NCBI GenBank assembly: GCA_951406725.2
Contig: OX597815.1
Coordinates: forward strand, 96,224,001 to 96,288,000
Source: Octopus vulgaris
Lineage: Eukaryota
Length of the DNA stretch: 64,000 bases
Reading direction: 5' to 3'
In this document: positions 39,621 through 52,700 of the stretch, piece after piece
Position numbering within the stretch: position 1 is the first letter of the stretch
Layout: the number at the start of each line of letters is the position of its first letter
Made by a program: the position numbers and the translations under genes
Notes under the pieces: model-generated
The model's input: only the letters and a program-made list of their open reading frames with translations
What the model was told of the DNA's origin: nothing
The model's database searches: none

Positions 39621-42600
39621 TATTAAATGAAGCGTAAAATGTTGGTTGTGCCAGTGTACTTAATTTAATATCTCCCTTTTAGAAACGGTTTGATGGATAT
39701 CTACATTAGAATGGCTTACCCCCTCTCCCTTTGCTGTTCTCTTATTCTTATTTATTGCTTTCGGCATGCACAGAGGTATAGATCAACCAAAACACACTTA
39801 TAAATTTCAGAATATACACAAGGTATGATGTAAACAATTTAATCTAGTCTAGTCAATCTTACAATAATCCTCCATTTTCTGAAGTTGCAAATCAATTACC
39901 AACAGACATTTAACCATTCATCCTTGCTAAGCAATTCGCATTGCATCCACTCTTTGCTGTCCATTTATTCTTGAATTGCAGTCATTCCAGTTACTTTCAT
40001 AAATCATTTTAGTACCAAACATTTTTCAACAATTCGTTTCAGCATCATTGAATCACTAAATAGACATACAAGATAAATCTATCTCATGTTTATATTCCTT
40101 TTCAATATCCTTTTCGGCAAAATGTTTTCCCACATCCTATTTCCTTATATTACTTTTCCTATTTTTTCCTCATATATTCCTTTTCTTTTATTTCTTCTAA
40201 ATTTACCTTCTCGCCCTACATGTATTTTTTTACATCCTAATTTTTAAAATTATTTCCCTTTCTAACAAAATCCAGGGTATATCATAAATGCATCCACAAA
40301 CATGTCAGAAGACGAAAACGGTCAGCTTTTGTATACTTTATATGAAAATGTTACATTAGATTTATGAAGATCAGATAGAACATATTTCCTCCTTATTTTA
40401 TTACGAATCTCTTAATGATATGTGCATTTGAATATGTCGAAAAACTCTCTAAAACTTCAATTTTCTCTATAACTTCCAATCAATTGTATGATTGGACTAT
40501 GTATATATAGTTCTATTAGAAGGGAAGCTCCATTAATTTCACTTATTTCTTCACTAATATTTCTAATCTCCAAGTACGATTTTATCTAGCATTCGCAACA
40601 ATGATGAATTTCATTTATGCATTTACTATAAATACACAAGCCATTGTTTAGTTCATTTTGGATTTATTAGACAAACAAGGCTACATAAAACAATGTTTAT
40701 TTGCTTGTTCAACAGACATACTGGTAATTCATGGAGATTAGAAAAACATGTTTTAGTTTGATAATTACGAAGACTAGATGAAAGAAGATAACAACAGTAT
40801 TACAATTGTCTAACTACCGTGAAATTAACTATTCCTCTTATTGCAGAAATCAATCCACAGGGTATTAATTTAGATAAGGAAATTTACTTCAATTCGCAAA
40901 GTATCTGTTTTTCTTTTATACAGTTTCTCCTTTGGCTCCAAGTACATTTCTGAAATCTCGGCTCTTTCTAAAATTAGGCCCATTTACTCTCGTATATTTC
41001 TTTTTATCGCTAAAATTGAGTAAAACAGAGAAATTTAATTTGATCAAATCTGGATGTTTTAGATCGATGCTTTATCATTTTTTGTGATCTGAATCGCTCT
41101 TTCATTAATATATTATTGATCTTAAATACGTTAACTTTACGGATATTGTTTCAAAATTTGTTTTACTTTCATTATTGATTTAGCGTTGATTTCAACTGGT
41201 TGCTTGCGTCTCTTAATTTCTTTGGAGTGTACGAGCGCAGCAACTTCAGCTAAATTAATAATTGAATTTGTTTTTCTTGATAAGAATTAAAGATGTAGAT
41301 ATGCGTAAGTGTCATGCTTTAACATAAATTGACCTATTTCTTTCAACAATTTTTACTCAGAAGGAGAATAGTTGAGATAAATTGTGTGAATAACGGACCG
41401 AAAAAATATTCGCAGAATATATAAAAAAAGGATCTTATTAAAAATGTGACCTTATTAATCATGAGATTAATAAGTTTATATGTACGACGTCAAAATGAAT
41501 ATGTATAATTCTTCAAAAATGTTTCCACTAAGACTTCGCGCCAAACTCAGCTGAAATTAAATGAACAGTTATTTCCAACATGCAAAACAAAATATGGAAC
41601 AAAGATATAGCCGATCGGATCTTTCAGATAAGGGAGTTAGTTTCCAATATTTAGAAATAAATACAGTTACAGTGCAGTATATTACTTCCAAATCCAGTGT
41701 ATCTACGTGTAAATACCAATGGTTACCTGATTCTATGTATAACTAGTTCTAAAGCGTAATATTTGCTGACATCTGGTATTATAGCTTGTTGTAATAACGA
41801 TATAAGTGCCAAATCACCAGTGGACGTTAGTACACATATGCTTATATTCTTGTAATTTCCTCACACGACATGCAAATTTGACGTCCTATATATTTCCTTA
41901 TTTATATATCTCCATAATATTAACGTACAATTTAGTTTTAAAATATATTAACGTCAATAAAAAAAATCTAAGGGTAATGAATTGGCAGAAAAATGCTCTT
42001 TTTTTACGTGTTCCATCTCATTACATTGTGCGTTCAAATCATTTTAATATTAAGTTTCTGTTTCATCGCTCCGACATCAATAAATGCTCTGTGAGTGTAG
42101 TCACTGAGTGGATAGCTATGCCTGAATAACGATACTCAAGCGCCTCACAGAGAGGTAGTGGTATTTCATCTTTGAAACAGCTTTAAATTCGTATAGTGGA
42201 TAAAAAGCACAGTAAGCATCAGAACTAGGCGAAACGAAACAACCCCGAGCGGTTAGGAAAGCAAAAAGGCAAACACCGGTATTTCACGGTGTTTGCTGCT
42301 CCTCGGTGTCGTGTACATATTTGGAAAGTAGGGGAAACACATAACACCGATATGCAGTAAAAACTGTGAAATATCGCTATCTGATGTCCTCTTAAACCTT
42401 AAAGTACACTGTGATTTTTGATATCATACGTCTTTAAACTGACCTCCTTTACGTGGATTTCCGTTGCTAATAGCGTTAAAAAAAAACACATGTAGTAATT
42501 GATACGCATACACATAAAGAAGAAGATATATTCAAACGTAAAAAAAAACACATTACTTAATACAAAGAATTGTTATTTTCAGCAATTCTATAAATTTTCA

Positions 42601-43094
42601 GTCTCTAGTACTATTACAAGTACACTTGTTTTTTTCTGATAATGTAGGCGACTGTTCCAGGTTGTTAAATAAATTAGAATTTATATGAAGCAATAATGTA
42701 TAAAGCATAACTAAGTAGATCTAAATTTATCCAAACTTTTATGAAAGGTAATTCCGGTGTTTCGCTTCGGATCTCACTTTATACAAAATTTTGTTGACAA
42801 CCTGATAAGTAAGAATGTTTTGTGTAAATATTTACATGTTGTTTTCATAGATAGTATGCGGAATGTTATGTCTGTTAATCAATCACTTTCGGCCTTTAGA
42901 AAAAGAGATAGAATATTGCTCTTGGATGAACATTGGCTGCAGTAAATATGGTCTTTATCTAAATTATGACTTTGTGGTCTACATTTAAACCAAGAATATG
43001 TCATTGAATGAAAGTAATTCATTACTTTTTTATCAGTAAAACGTTGTCAATTATTTCAAGTCTGCGTTCGAATGCATTCGGTGCAGTAACTCAC

Positions 43095-43143
43095 AACTTG
43101 CGATCGAAGGTTCAGCAAAGTTTCAACAGCCAGCTGGTCGTCT
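43095..43143 (-). CDS. Candidate short coding exon (DDQLAVETLLNLRSQV), gene unknown
   Basis: GC-richer island, acceptor aattag and consensus donor gtgagt, open frame. No homology recognised. Confidence 0.3.
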
Positions 43144-43681
43144 CTAATTAATTTATATGCCTTGAAAGGGTGTTGATATTTCTCTAGTCATTGCAACTTG
43201 GAGTGTGGGACAGGAAAATGAAAGGTGACAGTTTCTTTTCCACGGTTATATTACTGGATATATAATCTAAAATACAATTTCTCCCTAATACATATTTTCA
43301 TGTCTATCTACACATTACCCGTAAATTAATAATTTCTTCGTATATCAGATTTATTTAAAAGTTAAAATAATTCTTTCGGTTTTTCAATTTACTATAGAAT
43401 TTATATTTGCTAGCATTTGAAATGCAGCTGCAGTCGAAAACTTTGAATACAATATATTTTGTGGTTAGTAGAAGTATAGATAACATTTACTGAACTGTCC
43501 AGCGAATAGTCAGATCTTAAATTACAGGGAAATTATATGGCTATTAGGATAGCTTCATCGATCATAATAAAAATTGCTTTTACAGGGCTCTTACTCGAAC
43601 GGATATCAGAAATGCTTTCCATGTCGCCTCTGTTCAGGCAATATATTTCATATAGAATTGTTTCTATTTTCGTTTAGGACT

Positions 43682-43765
<84 letters not shown>
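43682..43765. repeat. (TCTA)n microsatellite
   Basis: Direct reading. Confidence 0.95.
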
Positions 43766-43766
<1 letters not shown>

Positions 43767-45346
43767 TCGTTTGCCTTCTTCCTGTCTGTATATCTATCTC
43801 TTTATCTATCTGCCTAACTATCCAGATATCTACAAATATATGCATGCTTACGAATACATATTCACACTTACATACTCACACATATCTACAAAATGTGTCC
43901 AGTTAAATGACTGAAACATGTAAAATGGTAAAATTATATGATAGTCATCTCTATATACTCCAGATCTCGAATAACACTCAATCTATATTCTCTAAAATAT
44001 CCTCAGGATGGATCGAACCACTTACACGGAGAAAGGAGTCTAATTCCGTTAAAAAAACATACATATAGATAATTACAAACATAAATATGTATATATATAT
44101 AACAAATTAGATTCAGTTATATGGATAAACAAATTACAAACATTAAATATATTAAATATAATTCTCTCTGTCTTTTGTACTCGGTGAAATTTAGACCAAT
44201 TAATATAAATATCTATATATTTATACTTTGAAATTCGTCATTGTACATATATGCCTATTTTGTATTGCATGTCCAAAATGTTGTATTTAATATATTTGAT
44301 AAATATAATATAGCTATTTTGTTTATCCGCATAAATGCCCCTATACCGCTCAACATGATCCAACTTATTGCTTTTTTATCGTGTGGTATCTATCAACTCT
44401 CTTCTATACGGAGAAAATATGGATGTCATCTGTGAAGTATATTTAATTAATTATATATTTTTTCAAACTGCATTCATTCTGAGATGTGTCGTGGTTGATT
44501 TAAGTTTCGTTTTCCGCATTTTTATTGAAACGGCGTAATTAAAATTAAAAATGTTTGTTATAGACTAATACACTCACAATACGCGCATATATGCATAGAA
44601 TTATACATACATATACTTACATTCGTAACAAATATATTTGTATACATATAAATCTTTGATTATGTGTGTGAGCGTGTGCGCCTGGAGCGGTCAATGTTAA
44701 TTGTTACGAGTCTTTCAGATTTTCCAGCTTAATATTGAATATTCTTTTATAAAATATTTGACGCAAATTCATAAATATAACTATAATTCTAGAAACATGC
44801 TGTGAGGTAAAATCGTTTTGAAATATATATAAAAGTCTGCAATATATTTAGGAGCACAATATATTTATTAATATTTAAATAAAATAATCAGATTATAATT
44901 CTTTGGATTTTTCAAAATTTAGGAGAAATAATTAGTTTCAGCCAAACTCTATTAGGACGCGCAATTCATTCAGAATTCTATGGACATGTGTTCCTGTAAA
45001 ATTTTGTACTCATCATATATACATATTTTGTAATTTCGAATATTACGTACATAATATATTTGCTGGTTATACAGCGACTTCTTTTTTAAAGATATCAGCA
45101 AAATCAATTAAGTATTGCTGTACTATGCAGCATAAAAGTATTTTAGCATATATCTTATATTGTAGTACAAGAATCAGTCGAATACTGTAGACAAAGCAAA
45201 ACAAATATCACTACATTTTATGTATCGCAATTTGTATAAAACATCGTTGACGGTAGATGATAGATAACCATGCTTCTGCTAGCTGCAAATAGAATAAGTT
45301 TTATCATTTTAGTTTAGGTGAAGAAAAAGGAAATTTGAGAAGTGAC

Positions 45347-45391
45347 TGGTTTATGAAACATTGGTTTATGAAACATTGGTTTATGAAACAT
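45347..45391. repeat. Three perfect copies of 15-bp tggtttatgaaacat
   Basis: Direct reading. Confidence 0.95.
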
Positions 45392-45684
45392 CGATTTGTG
45401 TAGATGAAGTGAGGAAAGCGTTGATAGTTATAGGTGTTAGAGTGAGAGGCAAGAAAGTATACAAACGATAGAAAATCTTGCAGAGTGTTTGTGGACGGAT
45501 GAGTGCGGGAAAAATCGAGCATATGCTGCCGGGATCCGCTGCTGATAATGGTGGTAGCGTTCTGTACTTTGACACCTCTTTGAACTGGGAAATAAATGAA
45601 ATGCCTGATGTGTGTCTTGTTGGGCTACCCCTCCTAAAAGAGGGGGAATAGGCTTGGGTATATAATATACATATGCATATATTG

Positions 45685-45735
<51 letters not shown>

Positions 45736-46110
45736 ATACATAGATATATGGTAGGTATTGGTATCCAGAAGATCCAAGGTGGCAGGTAAGGCTATGTAAA
45801 TGATAGGGGAGGGCCGTAGTTAGTCTCTCGCTTCGATAATAATACGACTGACGTCTCTAATGACGGCCTTGTGTGAGCCTGTAGATGTTAAATAAAATAT
45901 GAGAACACAACCAAGGCTGTGTGGAATTTATACGACATTTATCACATTTATAGTGAGAAATGTAGTCATACAACTGATTCTCGGATATTAAGGATATTCC
46001 TTCATCGGAGTCTATATAAGAGAGTTAAAAAGAGGGAAGTAGTAGAGTTCAATATGGGGAGCTATTTTGGAAAAGAATGGATAAAGGGGCTAAGAGAATA
46101 AAGATAAATG

Positions 46111-46146
<36 letters not shown>

Positions 46147-48353
46147 ACATCGCATAAACAAGAACATTCTGGATAAAATAAAATAATACCAATCGTCAAG
46201 TAGAAACTGAACGTCAACTTATGGTTCTGTACAGATGAACTCATAATATTGTTCCATTTCTTCAACAACAAAAACTCTTCTTCATTCCCATAATTCGTTA
46301 TAAATAATTACTATTTACCTATTGCTCCGAGGCATCTCAGTCAGACCTTCTTTCTAGCTTGAATCTCACTAACCTACTGCCTTGAAATTAACTTTTCTCT
46401 TAATGCTCGTAAAACTCTCATTTCTCTCGAGGACAAACATTTGTGCCAGGCCAACCACTGTAACAATAACTATAGCAACATCTTTGACGTTACTATGGGA
46501 TCCTCCAACTCCGCCCATGTCTCCGATCTCCATCAACTTCGAAAACACTTCCCTTACATCAAGGGTGATATATACAGAGATCACGCTTTGCTAGTCACCA
46601 AGGGCGTTAGTAAATCATCTTTAGAACGAATTAGGAAAGGTGTGCACACATTTTTCTATAACATCAACCTATCATTTATTTTTGAAAATTTCCACAAGAC
46701 CACGAATTTTTTGGACGTCATATTAAAGAGAGAAAGTCTTCGTCTGAAGCTATATTCAAAAATCCCATCCCATATTACAACCAAGCGTTCGCTGACAGCG
46801 GCTTCTCCTAACAAATAAATTACATCTCTATACTAGGATCAAGCAACATATACCTCAAATCATATCACAACGACACGCTAACCATCATAATCACAAAAGA
46901 CCACACACTATATCTGAACACCCGTGAGAATCCAGATTAAGAAAGCTTAGATCCCACACGCACACATATAACACTATGTCGAAAGCTAAAACATGTCGAA
47001 AGCTAAAACTAATATAGATTGTACTATCTCTAAGCAACCAGAAAATAAAGCCGAGGACGCTCTGTTCTATGGTATACGCCTCCCTTATTACAAAATCGAA
47101 GGAGCTTAACCAAATCCTTTTTAATATACTATACTCCGTCTTCCCTCATCAACATAAAGATTGTTCTATTTTTAATAGATCTTCTTTAACGCTATCCTAC
47201 TCTTCCACACTCAAACTTGAGTATATCATAACAGCTCCTAATAGACGAAGAATTTCTCTCTATCATCAAAATAAACACTATAACAATTCTGAATACACAA
47301 GCACCCAACATATACATATCTGCAATATCGAATCATATACCTTAGTCCATACCGAAAACTGAACAAATCCTAATAGCACTAACCAGAACACTGATACCCG
47401 ACTTCCACCACAAATACTACAATGGAAATAGTAATAATATTAGTAATGTTAATGTTAATAACATAGACCAATCTACCTTCATTTCTAACCTCTGCTTAGA
47501 CAATATTACTTCATCCATTCCTGAAAATAATCTCCGCAATGCACTACCATATACCTGCTGTTCCGGGACCATTTACTTCTACAAACCCTTTATAGAAGGT
47601 CTAAAGTAATTAATAAATGCACCGTCCTCGACACGCTACACAATTCTGGTGCCGCATGTATAGGATCAACTACAGATATTTAAAAAACGATACGCTGTGC
47701 ATCTCAATTCCTGTTGATGTGAGAAGCACAGTAAATCTACAACACTCGCCAGTCACATATATCATATGAAAAATAGGAATATTCCATGTAACTCGCCAAG
47801 GTCCATAATAGATTCAGGACTTCCATATCAAGGCCACCGCTCAACTTGTAAGTTCTGCCTAAAAACGGCATTCCACATATTAAAACACAGCTCTGCAATA
47901 CTATTAAATAAGTATAATGCGGACTAACGAACATGCAACCACTACTTTTTACATACCTACAAATGTTACCACAAATCTAAATACAACATAAATCATCACA
48001 CAGTATATATGTCCTTAGATAATATCCGACAACCTTATTTGACATTCCAATGTCGCATTTCTTTGACTTTTCAATTTTTTATTTTAATTGTCTTAATTGT
48101 TTAATAATACATATACAAACATGTATATACGTGTATGTATATATATATATGTGTGTATGTGTGTGTGTGTGTGTGTAAAAATGTATCTATATATAAGTAT
48201 GTATGTATATGTGCTTGTGTGTATGCATGTATATGTATATGTATAAATGCAGGTGTGCGTATTGGTATAGGTGCATAAATATGCAGGCCCATTTAATAGT
48301 GCATATGCACATTTATATGTGTATGTGTGCGCGCATGTATATATATATATATA

Positions 48354-48723
48354 CTAGCAGTATCGCCCGGCGTTGCTCAGGTTTGTAAAGGAAATAACTA
48401 TAAAGCATTTTTAGAGAGTTATAGCCAAAAAATAGCAAAAAGATGGAAAAAAATGATGGTAAATTTTTTTTTTAGTTAAAAAAGGTGGAGTTGCGTCCCC
48501 TAGACAGTTTGCGGTTTGTGTTTCTGATTCTCGACCCCCATGTCGAATTTATTTTTTCAGAACTGGGGGGACTTTTCAAAATTTTCGCTGCGTTAGTTTT
48601 GAATTATGACATTGGGCTATGTGTGTGTCAAGTTTCATCAGAATCGGTTGAAAGCCATGGTCAGGGTGAGGGTACAAGAAAACAGACACACAGAAACACG
48701 CACAGACAAACTGCCGTTTATAT

Positions 48724-48728
<5 letters not shown>
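48354..48728 (-). mobile_element. Non-autonomous Helitron-type element (~375 bp) nested in the PLE
   Basis: On minus it starts a|TC and ends with a GC hairpin cctgagcaacgccggg, a short spacer, then CTAG|t. It is inserted between A and T in (TA)n. Confidence 0.8.
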
Positions 48729-48760
<32 letters not shown>

Positions 48761-49539
48761 TATATAATTTCACTTCTTCCTTTCTTTCTGTGGTTAATCA
48801 GCTCCCAATATCACTTTAGCTAGTAAATACCTACGTCTATTTTAAAAATCTTGATCGTTATTTCTTATTATTCTTCTCTTAATTTTTGATGTTTACTACT
48901 CATTTTAGTCCATTCAAGTACCTTATTCTTTACCTGTCACCCCACTTTAGAGCCTTTCCAACGTATCACCCCCACCTTCAACTTCTCACATACATCCCTT
49001 CCCTACTTTCTTATCACTTCCCTCCTCTATTCCTTTTATCCTGATAGCTCTCCACTCTCATCCCCTTCGCAATATCTTGATCACCATCATTGACTTCTTT
49101 TTCTTTTCTCCTTATTTCTTTCTTTCTTTCTTACTTTATTCTTTCCGCCCCAATTCTTTTTGACTAATATCATTCTCCTTCTAAGATACACATCTATTCT
49201 CATGTCTGTACCTACTTCCTCTAGCAGTACATTCTCAAAATTTCATTCTCACCACAAGACCCCTTTAAATGAACGACGCATGGAATTTATATCCCCACAC
49301 GATCCACTTGTAATAACTATGGACTCCTGTTGTAATCTACATACCATAGACAAGAAACATTTATACCCATTATATACAACACTTTCCTTGGATAATGGAA
49401 CTGCAATCTTAATATCCTTCATATATTTTAACATATTTTTATTCTCTTATTTACTTCTATGATTCCTATGTCCATTTTTTTTCGAAATAACTCCTTATAT
49501 TGAACTCTATAATTTCCCTCTAGTTAACTCTGTCATATC

Positions 49540-49587
49540 GTCTCTGATGAAGGGATTTACCTAATATCCGAGAAACAGCTGTAAGAC
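49540..49587 (+). ncRNA. Minimal type-I hammerhead motif with canonical CUGAUGA/GAAA boxes
   Basis: gtct-CTGATGA-ag-ggat/ttacctaat/atcc-ga-GAAAC-agct-GTA-agac. The base of stem II is non-canonical. Confidence 0.7.
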
Positions 49588-49689
49588 TACCTTTCTTTTT
49601 ATAAATATCCTATAAATTCCACACAGTATTGGTTTTGTTGTCACATTTTATTTAACATAATATATATATAAATGTATACAATTCGACAC

Positions 49690-49870
49690 AGAAATATGTG
49701 TGTGTATCGTTGTGTCAGTGTTTGTCTCCGTAAGTAAGAGGTTCGGTAAAATAGTCCGATAAATAAAGGAAACGGAAATAAATATAAGTACTGAGGTCGA
49801 TTCATCCAACTACAGTTTCTTCAAGGCAGTGCTCCAGCATGACTGCAGGCTAATAATTGAAAGACATAGC
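49690..49870 (+). mobile_element. SINE 3' half
   Basis: aagtactgaggtcgattca..ttcttcaaggcagtgctccagcatgactgcag is the plus-strand form of the 62291 tail. Confidence 0.65.
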
Positions 49871-50088
49871 AGAACATATAAGAGAGACGCGCGCGCACGC
49901 ACGCACACACTCACGAAAGCACAAACGCGCGCGCACACACACACACATACATATTTTATATTGCTCAGCAGAAATTACAAATTGAATGAAGAGCACAGTG
50001 TTTTGTTCTTGGCATATATCAAACTCGTTCAAATCTCGGAGTCTGTTTCGTGTAATTTGATCTATAAATATCTATTGCCCCCCATATA

Positions 50089-50148
<60 letters not shown>

Positions 50149-50151
50149 TAC

Positions 50152-50215
<64 letters not shown>

Positions 50216-50281
50216 TTATACATATATATATATATATATGTGAGCGTGAGTGTGCTTCGCAATACTTGCGTTGATGCACAC

Positions 50282-50325
<44 letters not shown>

Positions 50326-50330
<5 letters not shown>

Positions 50331-50572
50331 TGCAGCGTGGAAGGTGTTTATAAGCCATTTAAGCACGGATGCAGCACGGATTTTTGTCAGTGAACAGGTC
50401 GCGGATTTTAGCGACGAAAATATTTTGACAAATTAAACTTAAATGTTGAAGTGAATTGAACGGCTTTTGTGTGTTTCTTAAATGGCTTATAAACACCTTC
50501 CACGCTGCAATTGTTTTCGTTTCAGCACACACGATCTCAGATCAAATTACTTGCTATGCGAGTACATCTCCG

Positions 50573-50575
<3 letters not shown>
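50326..50575 (+). mobile_element. 250-bp foldback mini-element: perfect 38-bp inverted repeats (50326-50363, 50477-50514) around a hammerhead variant, plus a 61-bp tail
   Basis: acaattgcagcgtggaaggtgtttataagccatttaag and its exact reverse complement, flanked by (TA)n on both sides. Confidence 0.85.
50383..50432 (+). ncRNA. Hammerhead-like motif with G3-C8 covariation
   Basis: tttgtca-GTGAACA-g-gtcgc/ggatttta/gcgac-GAAA-a-ta-TTT-tgacaaa: 7-bp stem I, 5-bp stem II with G10.1-C11.1, palindromic aatatt stem III. Confidence 0.65.
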
Positions 50576-50612
<37 letters not shown>

Positions 50613-51324
50613 CAATGTACTTTGATATAAGTGACGAGGAAAAATATTCAACTAATACATTGAAACCTTTCGAATTATATATCAATATCCGGTCTGTAAA
50701 TACTGGGAGAATAACTGTTAGTTTCTTTTATTGTATTTGTCAATAGATGTATTTTTCATGCTCACACTGTTTAGAGCAGACTTTCTTTCATTGTTTGTCA
50801 TTATTTACTCTGGAAATATTCTAAAATATCTTACGTCAGTAATACACGCCTTTTAATTCTATAAAATCAAATTATGTAAATTCTTGCTTTCTCTACCTTA
50901 GACATAAAATGTAAATGCAAACAGAATAGCGTTTTTAATGCAAATCTTAACAAATACTGCTTTGAGAATGTCAGTCTCTCATATTTGCTCTGTATCACTG
51001 ACAGAACGTTTGTATCAATATCCACTTAAGTTTTGTTCACAAGCAGTTGCTACATGATTGCCATGTTTGCTCACTCGCTCTAAGCTTTTAGTATTGGAGA
51101 TTAATAGTTATACAGTTGCTGTAATCTTTTTACTCAAGAATGTTGAATGGTGATGACGCTATTAGTATAAATCTGGTCACGACAAAAATGCTTGTTTTTT
51201 TATTGTATACACGTATGTATATGTATATACACATACATACATGATTATATGCAAACATACATACATACGTACATACATATGTATATGTGTATATATGTGT
51301 GTGTATGTATATATGCATGAATGT

Positions 51325-51450
51325 ATATGAGGGTACATGGTTTAATGTTTAGAGTGTTGTACTCATGATCGGAAGATCGCTATTATAAGTCCTAAACCGA
51401 GAGGCGTGTTGTGTTCTTAAGCAAAACACTTCATCTCATGTTGCTCTGCA
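51325..51450 (+). mobile_element. Degenerate tRNA-headed CORE-like SINE 5' part
   Basis: atggtttaatgtttagagtgttg..gttgtgttcttaagcaaaacacttcatctc. Confidence 0.55.
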
Positions 51451-51799
51451 ATAGGTCTAGACAATCATTTTATATCTTCATTAAATTACACTCTATTTCT
51501 CGCTATACGTTGCGGCAGTGGCCCATATGTCTTCATCGGAGTCTCAAACACAAACGGCACTACATGGTAGTTGTTCTAAGCGTCCAAGAAGTTGCTACTC
51601 AAGCACGAACTATGAATCCACCGCATCTTATGTATTGCGGAAGCATATGTAAGCTAGTAAAGTTCATAAGACGATCGTTTATTCCTTTGTAATCTAGTTT
51701 ATTTTTGTTACTGTTCCCTGCTCGACTACAAACACCATATATGTCCAGTGTTGCACTCTGTAGCATTCCCAAATATCGATGTTTCTTATGTTTAACACA

Positions 51800-52700
51800 T
51801 TTTAAAATTTTTCTGCCATAAGTCAGATTATTTTTTCTTCAGGATTTGAAACATGTCAGAAAGTTATTTTAATTACCGTATCCCTTAACAGTCCTTTGCG
51901 CTGATATTATTGTAATATGTATAATTGTAACTTTATTAATAATGCATTTTCCCTGTATTTCCAACTAAAGGATTTATATACGATTTGGACGTTCCTAGTG
52001 AAGTTTCTCCAAAATTCCATGTGTCTTAGATGCGACAGCCACGTTTCACATGACTAAATCAAGGAATTGAATGCACAACCATAATAGACAAAACATTTGG
52101 TGGCTATTTCTCAGAGCTATTTGAGGTAAGATTTGTTCCTTGAACGTTGCAAAGCCAATTCATTCTAAGTCTTCAAGTTCATTTCAGAATATAGGGATTG
52201 AAATCTTGCTATAGGGAAACTCTTTCTTCAACTACTTTCTATTGCATCTGATTGGTGCAATAGATCACATCTGTTGCACCTACCGTATTACCTGATTTAA
52301 ATCCGCCTTGAAAATCTGGGACAATAACAGTGCATATAACAGTGTGTACTCTATTCATTGAAAATCTGGCGATAGCTATTTACGTACAGCTAAATCTAAG
52401 TAAATACAGTGATTCTTACCACAAATGGAAATGAAAACTTTTTACCTGCTAGAGTGAAATAAGTACAGCATTTTTCTAATCCAATGGATTGTGTATTCAT
52501 TCTCCATGTTGACAATTAGGATAGTCACAAAATCAAACGATGCATTCTTCCGTCTGTTAAATAATCAGGTTTGCGTTTTCATGAATTGATGTACTCAGTG
52601 TCAATTCCAACATATTGAAAATTATTATTTTCCAGATTTTCAGTGCCATAATTGTGAAGCGATTTTGAAAACAAACCTGAAATGTCCTAACTATCTTTTC
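51800..52700 (-). mobile_element. Degenerate RTE-like LINE RT remnant
   Basis: IARFSMNRV..VIVPDFQGGFKSG..TDVIYCTNQMQ*KVVEE resembles the RT Q.GFR/QEK region. Confidence 0.65.

Larger units (their letters stand above)
45885..49660 (+). mobile_element. Penelope-like element related to 8500-13845, with inverted terminal repeats (45885-46110 vs 49430-49660)
   Basis: RT FDVTMGSSNSAHVSDL..IYRDHALL..TNFLDVIL, then FPHQHKDCSIFNRSSLTLSYSS, then EN remnants KHSKSTTLASHIYHMK..SIIDSGLPY..CKFCLK (47550-47900). The ends are diverged reverse complements. Confidence 0.85.

Noticed and set aside
40890-44430. In-frame TAA codons in exon-like segments rescued by A-to-I editing
   Set aside because: The exons themselves are unproven. 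Chance or pseudogenisation is simpler and there is no supporting evidence.
52440-52545. Minus-strand exon candidate RKNASFDFVTIL...
   Set aside because: It lies within the RTE-like remnant and is better explained as decayed LINE.
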